This document shows, piece after piece, positions 49,624 to 58,515 of a stretch of DNA of 64,000 bases; within the stretch, counting starts at the first letter, position 1, and each line of letters starts with the position of its first letter. The stretch lies in assembly GCA_043803405.1 (NCBI GenBank), contig JAZDKB010000003.1, forward strand, positions 32,001 through 96,000, in the 5' to 3' direction. Origin of the DNA: Spirochaetota bacterium. GTDB lineage: Bacteria > Spirochaetota > UBA4802 > JAFGDQ01. Below the pieces are notes generated by a model. It saw only the letters and a list, made by a program, of their open reading frames with translations. It did not search any database and had not been told where the DNA came from. Both the position numbers and the translations under genes were made by a program.

Positions 49624-51204
49624 TCATTCTCCTAATTCAATTGTATAAGGATCGTCATAATTACCGGATACAGATTCTATAATTATATAGCCTTTAAGGT
49701 CAATCATTTCTTTAAACGAGACGGACTCCCCGTCCTTTACCTGTTCAGTTTTAACGACAAACCCCATTGGGTCTGTTACAGAGATTTTAAACTCCGCATT
49801 CTTAATGCCGTTAAACGTAAACTTTTTCCTCACCCGCGTTTTATATTCTATAAGATAATAATCCCTGTCGTCTTTCCTGGAAATAAAGCCTGTGATCCTG
49901 CTGCCTTTTATTCTCGTGGCTTTTTCCTTTGTGTCATTCGGTTCAATCTCGAAGCTCTCGTTATACGGAATAAATGACACATTCAGATTATAATCCGGGC
50001 TTGTGTTGTCGCCCCTCCTTGAAGATACCTCTATGTAAAAAGCCATCTTTAACAGGGCATCTGGCATTATTTCCGCGCCCGGGCCTTTTACGTTATCGAT
50101 CTCGAACAGCTTCTTTCTGTTTTCGTCAAATATCCTTACTATCAGATCCAGGCTATCGGACGACGCATCAATTCTGTAAAGATACTGCTCGTCCGCAACA
50201 GCTTTTCCTTCCGCATCCGCTGCCGGGGCAGTATACAGATAATAGTCCCTGTCTCCCTCGGAAAATATTTTGCCGGTGATCCCGGGCTTTTGCATCGGGT
50301 TGGCAGATTCGAAATTATTGTTCGGCTCAATCTCCGTGGAATAATCGTACGCCTTTGCAGTTGTCTGCAATGTGTACATTGCTCCGTTATTTGATTCGAA
50401 GTTCGAGGCCGCCATGATATAATATCTGCCCGGCTTCATAATCCCGATTCCCTCAAGCCGTTTGGCCTCTCCTGTGTTGCCGGCGCCTGAAGAAGCAATT
50501 TCGTTTTTATCGCCGTCGAATAAAGAAAGCATTGAGCTTACATCCGGCACGCCCGAAATCGTAATATCCAGGAGAACAGGCTTGCCGTCAGCAAGATCAA
50601 CATCAAAATAATACCAGTCTTCTTCCCTGGATAATGAAGCAGTGTTGGTGTTCAATTTATTGAAAGCCGGAGAAAAATATCCTTTCACTTCCCTTCCTAT
50701 TTCCAGCAGATTTGCGTTTACATCATCATCATTGGGTTCCTTCTCTTCTCCATCCCAGCTTCCGGACCTGAGATGCAGCACATAATTGTTCTCGGGATTG
50801 CCCTGCGGAATATCGCGGTCTCCATGCAGAATTTCAATGTAGTACGCACCTGCGTAAAAATACATATTGCGCATCCTTTCCGGGGAAGACTTCCTTGAAT
50901 CGTCAATATACTTTATTTCAAGAGGCTCAACACTTCTCTCCCTCCATATCCTGATCGCATGATTGATTCCCTTGACAGGAGAAAGCTCAATATCCATAAC
51001 TATCGGGCTGACAATGTCGAGCCTGTAAAAATCATGATCAGAACCCGTATCAAGCAGTCCCTCTACGGCAATATCAGGCTCAATTTTATTTGCAGAAGTA
51101 AAGCTATTATTAGGCTCCTTTTCCCTGTACACGTCTTTTTTACAGGAATAAAGAGCTGATAATAACATTAATGATGCTAATATATATATATATTTAGTGC
51201 TCAT
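49624..51204 (-). CDS. Lipoprotein with four PPC-like (ExEPN[D/N]...DxDxY) beta-sandwich repeats
   Basis: Lipobox LYSC; EKEPNNS, EKEPNDD, EIEPNNN, EIEPNDT; start placed at ATG 51204. Confidence 0.75.
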   Translation of the reverse strand: MSTKYIYILASLMLLSALYSCKKDVYREKEPNNSFTSANKIEPDIAVEGLLDTGSDHDFYRLDIVSPIVMDIELSPVKGINHAIRIWRERSVEPLEIKYIDDSRKSSPERMRNMYFYAGAYYIEILHGDRDIPQGNPENNYVLHLRSGSWDGEEKEPNDDDVNANLLEIGREVKGYFSPAFNKLNTNTASLSREEDWYYFDVDLADGKPVLLDITISGVPDVSSMLSLFDGDKNEIASSGAGNTGEAKRLEGIGIMKPGRYYIMAASNFESNNGAMYTLQTTAKAYDYSTEIEPNNNFESANPMQKPGITGKIFSEGDRDYYLYTAPAADAEGKAVADEQYLYRIDASSDSLDLIVRIFDENRKKLFEIDNVKGPGAEIMPDALLKMAFYIEVSSRRGDNTSPDYNLNVSFIPYNESFEIEPNDTKEKATRIKGSRITGFISRKDDRDYYLIEYKTRVRKKFTFNGIKNAEFKISVTDPMGFVVKTEQVKDGESVSFKEMIDLKGYIIIESVSGNYDDPYTIELGE

Positions 51205-51223
51205 TAGCCATAGTTTTACGTAA

Positions 51224-51284
51224 TAGACCTGCTGCAAATCATAAGTATCTCTTCAATCGAAATGACAGTTTTGCAACAAGTCTA
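51224..51284. repeat. Palindromic IS-end-like element, copy 1
   Basis: tagacctgctgcaaa ... tttgcaacaagtcta. Confidence 0.7.
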
Positions 51285-51374
51285 ATATATTTAATTTAAA
51301 ATAATTAAGCTGGTGTTTTTGCAGTAACAATAATTCAATTTATTTAAGCTGCCAGTTTTATATAACTTTTCAAT

Positions 51375-51959
51375 TTATTGCGTCTTTTCTTCATCCCGCT
51401 TTTTAATATAGGCAATAAGCCTGGAGAACAATTCATAAAATTCTTTTAACTCGTCTTTTTTTCTAAGCGGCCTTAAGTCGGGATATGTGCCGCTGATTAT
51501 TTCTTTTATATATTCGGACATTAAATAAATAGGCCCGGATATTTTATGCGTTTTCCTGATCAACACAGGGTATAAAATAAATCCTGTGGAAATTAAGAAT
51601 ATGATGACTATCAGGAATATGACATTGTTACGCTGAGTCAACTCCTTAACAAGAATTATGTTGTTTTTCATTGACTCTGAATTCTTTTCATTTTTTTCTT
51701 TTATTTTGCTATTTAAATCCGATTTATCCCCGTCTTTAATCATCACAATTTGCAGCATTGATTCTATTATCTCGCTCTGAGCATCCATGATATTATTCTG
51801 TTCCTGAATAATTTTCTCTATTTTCTTATTATCATTATAGAAATTAATGCCAACCGTTATTATAACAATACAAATCAAGCCAAAGAAAATACTCATAAAG
51901 GAATAGGTAGTCTTTAACTGAAATTTTCTGTCTACAATCTTATTCTTTCTTTGATCCAT
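51375..51959 (-). CDS. Two-TM membrane protein with HAMP-like C-terminus
   Basis: RK..IVDRKFQ N-terminus, two TM helices, THKISGP...LRKKDE. Confidence 0.7.
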   Translation of the reverse strand: MDQRKNKIVDRKFQLKTTYSFMSIFFGLICIVIITVGINFYNDNKKIEKIIQEQNNIMDAQSEIIESMLQIVMIKDGDKSDLNSKIKEKNEKNSESMKNNIILVKELTQRNNVIFLIVIIFLISTGFILYPVLIRKTHKISGPIYLMSEYIKEIISGTYPDLRPLRKKDELKEFYELFSRLIAYIKKRDEEKTQ

Positions 51960-52084
51960 AAATCGTATCCTTGCATTTGCCGGGCTAATAAATAAGAAAA
52001 GTATAAATAATAAATGTTATCGATTATATAATGGCTGTATAAATATTGCAATAATAATAAAATATCATTTAAGCAAGAATCATT

Positions 52085-52279
52085 TTATTCATTGCAAAAA
52101 GAATCCTCTTGCCGGTCTTTGCTGTTTTTTTTGCAATGGCTTTTTCTACATGCTTCGCATCTCTCATCGCTGCACATCTGACATTCAAAACAATCCTTGC
52201 AGTTATGCTTTCTTGGTTTAGTGGTCTCATCAGGCACAAAAACCTTTCCTGTAAATCCGGGTATTTGTATGAAAGCCAT
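52085..52279 (-). CDS. Small cysteine-rich protein
   Basis: MAFIQIPGFTGKVFVP...CKDCFECQMCSDERCEAC; start placed at ATG 52279 behind an aagga RBS. Confidence 0.65.
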   Translation of the reverse strand: MAFIQIPGFTGKVFVPDETTKPRKHNCKDCFECQMCSDERCEACRKSHCKKNSKDRQEDSFCNE

Positions 52280-52330
52280 GCGTTTAATCCTTTTAAATAG
52301 AGTATAATTGCGTCCTGAAACCCGGTATAA

Positions 52331-52382
52331 ATAATAGACTTGCTGCAAATCTAAAATGACAGGTTTGCAACAAGTCTATTAT
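52331..52382. repeat. Palindromic IS-end-like element, copy 2
   Basis: ataatagacttgctgcaaa ... tttgcaacaagtctattat. Confidence 0.7.
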
Positions 52383-52639
52383 TAAAGGTAATAAACGTAG
52401 TTACCTTCAGGCTTTAGAACATGTTTTGAATAAATAATAACATAAATTAATATAATGGCATAATATTTTAATTAAAGCGATCTTAAATCAATTACAACCG
52501 CGTCATATATAATACCCACATGTATTCAAAATGCCCACCTATACATAATTCTTAAAAATCCATAAAAGATGCAATTTATTTCAAATATTTAAAAAATATG
52601 CTGGATAATTTTAATTGTCATATTTATTAATGGCTTACT

Positions 52640-53674
52640 ATGAATATAAAAATATATATCATATCAATTATACTTATTATTATTTGTTATAATAATCTTA
52701 ACGCAGGTTTGCTTATAAACGAAATAGCCAGCGCAACAACGGGCGATGACTGGGTGGAACTATTTTATTACAGTCCGGATAAAGAATCAATGAATATATC
52801 CGGTTTATATGTAACAATGTATTACGGAGCGAATGAAAATCTTTCAGCTGATCCGGTTACAATCTATTCCTACGACAGGCCCGAAACGCCGTGGGACGAC
52901 AGATTTGTTGTCATTCACTTTGCTGCTTCCGGAATGACGGACGAGACGGACAATACCGGTGACACAAACCGGAACGGATGCATGGATCTTTACCGGAATA
53001 TCTCGGCAGGGAACCTGTGGACTACAGACTGCGTTGTCGCAATTGACGCAGATGATGATCCGAATAACGGCAATACAATCGATTTTGCTGCATACTCAAA
53101 CAGGGATGGCTCTGTAAATGAAACAATCGAACAATACCTGATCGCCGCGCAAAATATAAATCAATGGAACACTTGCCCGGGTAAAACAAGCCAGGAATGC
53201 ATGATAGACATTGGCGTAAATACACTTGCTCCATACATGACAATATCCAGAAAGAGCCCGGCTGATACCAATTCCCTTAATGACTTTTCAGTTACAAAAT
53301 ACATGACCCCCGGAAGGGAGAATATTTTAAGCGAGAATATTTCTTCAGGCAGAAATCTTTTTAAAACTATTAAGAACAAAATCAGCATAGGGCCGGAAAA
53401 TTTTGCAAACGGCAATGTTAATATCGAATTATTTGTTTTTGAAGAATGCAATATCAGATTAAGGATATTCTCATCAATAGGCGTTCTAATATATGAATCG
53501 CCACTTTACACTAATACCGGCCCTGGCAATTTTCCTATAACGTGGGACATAAAAGGATCAGGCAAAAAAGCTGCTACGGGACTATACTTTGCGCAAATAG
53601 AAGCTACAAGAAAAGAACTAAAAAAATCTCAAGAGGAGAGAGTCTATGTAATAGTGAGCCAATATAAAAAATGA
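52640..53674 (+). CDS. Secreted lamin-tail-domain protein with C-terminal FlgD-Ig/T9SS-CTD-like domain
   Basis: Signal peptide; LLINEI...DWVEL...TPGREN (LTD); IRLRIFSSIG.LI...ITWD...ATGLYF (FlgD_ig-like). Confidence 0.7.
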   Translation: MNIKIYIISIILIIICYNNLNAGLLINEIASATTGDDWVELFYYSPDKESMNISGLYVTMYYGANENLSADPVTIYSYDRPETPWDDRFVVIHFAASGMTDETDNTGDTNRNGCMDLYRNISAGNLWTTDCVVAIDADDDPNNGNTIDFAAYSNRDGSVNETIEQYLIAAQNINQWNTCPGKTSQECMIDIGVNTLAPYMTISRKSPADTNSLNDFSVTKYMTPGRENILSENISSGRNLFKTIKNKISIGPENFANGNVNIELFVFEECNIRLRIFSSIGVLIYESPLYTNTGPGNFPITWDIKGSGKKAATGLYFAQIEATRKELKKSQEERVYVIVSQYKK

Positions 53675-54993
53675 AAATTGCTTTAGCCCTGCTTCTGGCT
53701 AATACACTGAATCTTTCCTTTGAATACAAAGAGACAAATCCGTATTCTCTTTTCCCGTATAATTATGCCGTGTCCGATATTAATACGTTCGGGCATCTTT
53801 CCAATCCCGCTTACCTGCCTCTCTGGGAAGGGGCATACCTGAACATGGACTACGCAAAACCGTACATGATGGATGAGCTGAACTCCGGCAACATCCGTGC
53901 CGGAAGCAATTTCGGGAACGCTGCCTTGCAGGCAGCCTGGAACAGGTTCGGCATCCCAGAATACAACGAGGATGTTCTAGAAGGCAATCTCGGTTACAGG
54001 CTTGCGGGATTTTTAAGAGCCGGGCTGGGAGTATCTTACTATCATATTAATATAAATACGGACACTATTAAATTCAATTACAGTACCGTTGATTTCAAAT
54101 TATCCGCACTGCTTATACCGCTGGAATGGATCAATATTGGCTACTTACAGGAAAATATATATTCGCTGCTCAGGAAAAATAGAACAAACGAAACCACAGT
54201 AGACTTTCTATATGCAAACCGCAGCATTGGCATAGCGTTAAAACCCGCTAACGGTATTACATTTGCATACAACCTCAATAAAACATATTACACGTACATT
54301 AACAGCTTTTCAATGACTGCCAACATGTTGACGTGTCTCAGTCTTAAAGGAGGCTATTCCCGCGAAACTTCGACTTACTCTTTAGCTGTAAACATTATGT
54401 ATAATAAATTTTCAGTATGCTACGGGCTTTCCCATCACACATATCTGGGCTTGACTCACAAACTCGGACTTACTGTTGCCTCAACTGAATTTTCGGTTGA
54501 AGAGATCAATTACAATAAAAGTTTAAGCAGACGCACTCTGCCTAAGAAAAAAAAGAGAGTAAATATTAATACATGTTCTCCTGAAGATATTATGGAAGCG
54601 AATCTGTTTAGAACGGAAATTATTGAAAGAATTATTAAATACAGGGATCTGATAGGCCCCGTAAGCGAGAAAGCACTTATGCAAATCGGCGTTTCGGAAA
54701 AAGAATTAAACGACGTACGGGAACATATCACAGGCATAGCAGACGATGCCGGAAAAAAGGAAAGCAAAAACTATAAGAAAGCTTCAAAAGCCGGTTACAA
54801 CACAGATACAAGAAAACTGCTGTTCCAGAGGTTGCTGGAAAACGGCCTGTCGGCAGGTACTGCTCTCAGAATAGCTGATATGGCAAAAACATCAGGCCGG
54901 GATGAAATTATACGTCAGGTAAAAGAACTCTCCGACATCGATGAAGAAAAGAAAAAAAGAATAATTGAAACATGTACAAAATTACTGCAATAG
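53671..54993 (+). CDS. PorV-like outer-membrane barrel fused to a ComEA-like helix-hairpin-helix domain
   Basis: N-terminal NPA motif, amphipathic strands ending HTYLGLTHKLGL; C-terminal VNINTCSPEDI...RIIKYR..IGP. Confidence 0.6.
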   Translation: MKIALALLLANTLNLSFEYKETNPYSLFPYNYAVSDINTFGHLSNPAYLPLWEGAYLNMDYAKPYMMDELNSGNIRAGSNFGNAALQAAWNRFGIPEYNEDVLEGNLGYRLAGFLRAGLGVSYYHININTDTIKFNYSTVDFKLSALLIPLEWINIGYLQENIYSLLRKNRTNETTVDFLYANRSIGIALKPANGITFAYNLNKTYYTYINSFSMTANMLTCLSLKGGYSRETSTYSLAVNIMYNKFSVCYGLSHHTYLGLTHKLGLTVASTEFSVEEINYNKSLSRRTLPKKKKRVNINTCSPEDIMEANLFRTEIIERIIKYRDLIGPVSEKALMQIGVSEKELNDVREHITGIADDAGKKESKNYKKASKAGYNTDTRKLLFQRLLENGLSAGTALRIADMAKTSGRDEIIRQVKELSDIDEEKKKRIIETCTKLLQ

Positions 54994-56582
54994 CATTATT
55001 TTTATTTGCCTGCATAAAAGCATACGCCGATATGCCGGTGGATTTTGTTATTAAAAGCGAATATAAAAAGGATACTATCGAATATAATGACATTACCAGA
55101 TATTATTACAGGGAAAGATTATCTATTTTATTTAGCGAAGAAAGTTCTTTAAATGTATCCTGTATTTATCTTAAGAAGGAGAAGGATAAGAAATACACAT
55201 GGAATCTCTTATTAAAGGATATCTCGCCGTGCATGTCTTTTTATCTGGGCAACTATTTCGTGAGCTTCGGTTCCGGCCTTCTGGCCGGAGCGAAAAGGAC
55301 CTATGACCCGGACATATATTCAATTAAAATCAGCAACCCGGAAACCGCAGATATTAATAAAACATTCACTCCCTGCAACACAGGAAATCCGGTATTCGCT
55401 TTCAACGGAATTGCAGGATCGTCCAGACTTAAATTACAGGATTTAAATTTATCTTTAAACGCTTTTTATTCGATTAAAGAAAGATTTATTGATGAAAACT
55501 CATACGAATCAAATCAAATATCAGGCACAATGGATACAGTTGACGGCAAAATCGGAAAAGCTTACAACCAAAATGAACCGGTGGAGATCCAAACTTACGG
55601 GCTTATGTTATCAGCCGGGAGTTCGAATTCTATTTTACTTCAGACATATTTTCTGAATGCAAGTATTCACAGCAGATATAAAGAAGAGATTGTCTGGGAA
55701 TACAATGAAGAATCCGGCGAATCAAACAGCATATCAAATTTAAACGGATTCGGATTATATGCGCAATACAAGGACGATTTTTTAAAAATTATACTTGATG
55801 GAGCCATGACCCAGAAAGAAACGTTGCATGAAGATAATACGAGAAACAAAGATAACGGCTTCGGGATATTATACAGCCTGAGATTCACTCCGCCGTTTGT
55901 GGCTATTGAGATTGCAGGGAAAGAGATGAACAGCTCATTTTATTCTCCTTACGGTTCGTCTATCGGAGAGGATTACCCGGAGTCCGCCTGGTTCTTTAAT
56001 ACCGCAATTAAACCTTATTCAAATTTCATTCTTAACGCGAAAGCATCCTCTGAAAAGAAGAAAGCGCCTTCATCAACTGATAATACAATGCCTGTTATAA
56101 AAAAAGAAACCATTTCTCTTGCGTACTTTTTTGGAAAACTCGAAAAACTGGAGATCGCATTAAAGAGAACAGAAAAAACAAATGACGAAACAGTGAAAAA
56201 CCAGCAGGTACAGGCTTCGACTAAGATAGCGATTACTGATGCGATAAAATCTCTTTTGTCGGGCACAACCGCGTGCAGACAGAATAATCCCTCAAAAATT
56301 CTTTCAGCAGGTTTTGAGTTATTAGTTGCAGGCTACATGAAATTTTATATTCATTACATAGTTGCCAGTATTTCGGACAACTATACTTCATACATTGTTG
56401 TATCTCCCATCAGGGATTCATCAACCAAAGGATTTTTTATTAAAGAGGATTCAAATATCGTAGTAATTAAATCAGATATTGAAATTAAAAATATCTTTTT
56501 CTCATGCAGATATTTGTATCAATTTACACGTAGTCACTCATTGCATTCACGTCTGGAATTCATTGCCAGCGGCCTTTTTTAA
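54972..56582 (+). CDS. Large outer-membrane beta-barrel protein
   Basis: Signal peptide; YLGNYFVSFGSGLL motif; terminal Phe; amphipathic strands. Confidence 0.6.
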   Translation: MYKITAIALFLFACIKAYADMPVDFVIKSEYKKDTIEYNDITRYYYRERLSILFSEESSLNVSCIYLKKEKDKKYTWNLLLKDISPCMSFYLGNYFVSFGSGLLAGAKRTYDPDIYSIKISNPETADINKTFTPCNTGNPVFAFNGIAGSSRLKLQDLNLSLNAFYSIKERFIDENSYESNQISGTMDTVDGKIGKAYNQNEPVEIQTYGLMLSAGSSNSILLQTYFLNASIHSRYKEEIVWEYNEESGESNSISNLNGFGLYAQYKDDFLKIILDGAMTQKETLHEDNTRNKDNGFGILYSLRFTPPFVAIEIAGKEMNSSFYSPYGSSIGEDYPESAWFFNTAIKPYSNFILNAKASSEKKKAPSSTDNTMPVIKKETISLAYFFGKLEKLEIALKRTEKTNDETVKNQQVQASTKIAITDAIKSLLSGTTACRQNNPSKILSAGFELLVAGYMKFYIHYIVASISDNYTSYIVVSPIRDSSTKGFFIKEDSNIVVIKSDIEIKNIFFSCRYLYQFTRSHSLHSRLEFIASGLF

Positions 56583-56809
56583 AAATTTACTATAAATAAT
56601 TAATAAATTTATTATTATTATCATTTTTATTTGACTTTCGTGTTTTTTATATGTATTAGTATTATGTATAAGCCTGTTATTTATTAATAATTGACGATCT
56701 CTCAAGTAAAGAATAATTAATCCACATTCCCTATAAATAAACAAGGAAATACATTCATTTTTTTTAATAATAATTATCTCAAATAATTTAAATTTGAAGG
56801 TAAATTTTA

Positions 56810-57169
56810 ATGAAAATAGATGTTCATAGAAATGAATATATCGTAAATATTAAATTAACCGGTAAATACGATATTGAAGAACTTCTCTTTTTCAGCACTC
56901 TCTTTACAGATGAAATAAGCAAGAAGCCTCCTGTTATTGCCCTGGATTTAGCACATTTAACCTATATTGACTCTTCAGGTATCGGCTCACTTATCAGATA
57001 TATGAATATGGCTTTAAAAAAGAATATTGACTTTATTTGTTATAATCTGAACGAGAATATTGAGAATATCTTTAAAATCTCAAAACTCGACCAGTTCCTG
57101 CCTATTTTATCCAATGAAGATTTTCAAAAAAAGTATAACAGCTTATCTACTGCAAGCAAAAATAATTAG
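56810..57169 (+). CDS. STAS-domain anti-sigma factor antagonist
   Basis: LDLAHLTYIDSSGIGSL, IFKISKLD. Confidence 0.9.
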   Translation: MKIDVHRNEYIVNIKLTGKYDIEELLFFSTLFTDEISKKPPVIALDLAHLTYIDSSGIGSLIRYMNMALKKNIDFICYNLNENIENIFKISKLDQFLPILSNEDFQKKYNSLSTASKNN

Positions 57170-57391
57170 TGTCCCAATCTATTTCCCCGGTATTCAATAA
57201 AATAAATCCTCTAAAAAATTATCCTGCATAAACAGATTATCCCGAATTATTTTTGAGAAATTATTATTAGAAAGCATGCCAGGATAACTCACTAATTTAT
57301 AATTGACGAATTAGCATATAAATGCAATTGCATTCTATTTAATTCAAATACAAAAAATTAATCGAGCTCAGTTCAGCTTTGGAGTAACAAT

Positions 57392-58369
57392 ATGTCAAGG
57401 ATACTCTCCGGAATACAACCCTCAGGAAAACTTCACATAGGCAATTATTTTGGTATGATGAAGCCAATGATAGAATATCAGGAAAAACATGAACTTTTCT
57501 GTTTTCTGGCAAATTATCATGCTATGACCAGTTCGGAAGATGGAAACGTATTAAAAGAAAATACAATTGAAGCAGCTATTGACTTTCTTGCACTGGGGCT
57601 GGATCCGGGAAAGTGCCATTTCTGGGCTCAATCTGATATACCTGAAGTTACACAGCTGACATGGATATTGTCCTGCCATACTTCACTCGGGTTGCTTGAG
57701 AGAAGTCATAGCTACAAAGATAAAGTTGCACACGGGATTGTACCGAATGCAGGTCTTTTTATATATCCTGTACTCATGGCTGCAGATATTCTGCTTTTTC
57801 AATCCGAGTTTGTGCCTGTAGGCAAAGATCAAAAACAGCACTTGGAAATAACAAGGGATATAGCGCAAAGTTTTAACTCAAAATTCGGTGAAACCTTTGT
57901 GATTCCAGAACCAAAAATATCTGAAGAATTGGCTCTGCTTCCCGGTCTTGACGGTCAAAAAATGTCCAAGAGTTATAATAATGCCATTTATATATTTGAA
58001 GAAGAAAAAGAATTAAGAAAAAAAATCATGAGAATTGTTACAGACTCAACACCGGTTGAAGCTCCGAAAGATCCGGATAAGTGCAACTTGTTTGCTTTAT
58101 ATAAACTCTTTGCCGATAGTAATAATATAGAAACAATGCGTGACAAATACAAGGCCGGCGGTACCGGCTATGGTGAAGTTAAAAAAGAATTATTTGCTAT
58201 AATTTGGGAATACTTCAAAAACGCAAGGGAGAAAAGAAAGCATCTGGAGAAAAACAGGGATGAGATTTATAAAATACTGCAAAATGGAGCTGTAAAAACA
58301 AAAGTAATTGCAAGGAAAACCATGGATGACGTTGAAACGAAAGTCGGCCTTAAATATTATACCAGATAA
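57392..58369 (+). CDS. trpS: Tryptophanyl-tRNA synthetase
   Basis: SGIQPSG.LHIGNY, YPVLMAADIL, VPVGKDQ, KMSKS. Confidence 0.97.
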   Translation: MSRILSGIQPSGKLHIGNYFGMMKPMIEYQEKHELFCFLANYHAMTSSEDGNVLKENTIEAAIDFLALGLDPGKCHFWAQSDIPEVTQLTWILSCHTSLGLLERSHSYKDKVAHGIVPNAGLFIYPVLMAADILLFQSEFVPVGKDQKQHLEITRDIAQSFNSKFGETFVIPEPKISEELALLPGLDGQKMSKSYNNAIYIFEEEKELRKKIMRIVTDSTPVEAPKDPDKCNLFALYKLFADSNNIETMRDKYKAGGTGYGEVKKELFAIIWEYFKNAREKRKHLEKNRDEIYKILQNGAVKTKVIARKTMDDVETKVGLKYYTR

Positions 58370-58515
58370 ATTGCACCTTTAAATGATTGCACTTTTTGTT
58401 TGTTTGTGTTATAAATCTTGAATCCTGAAAGCCAAACGCTATGTCTGTTTTAAAAATTAGAAGAGTATCTGGTAAGCTGATGCTGTAAGAAATTGACGAT
58501 TTGAACAAAAGCAGT

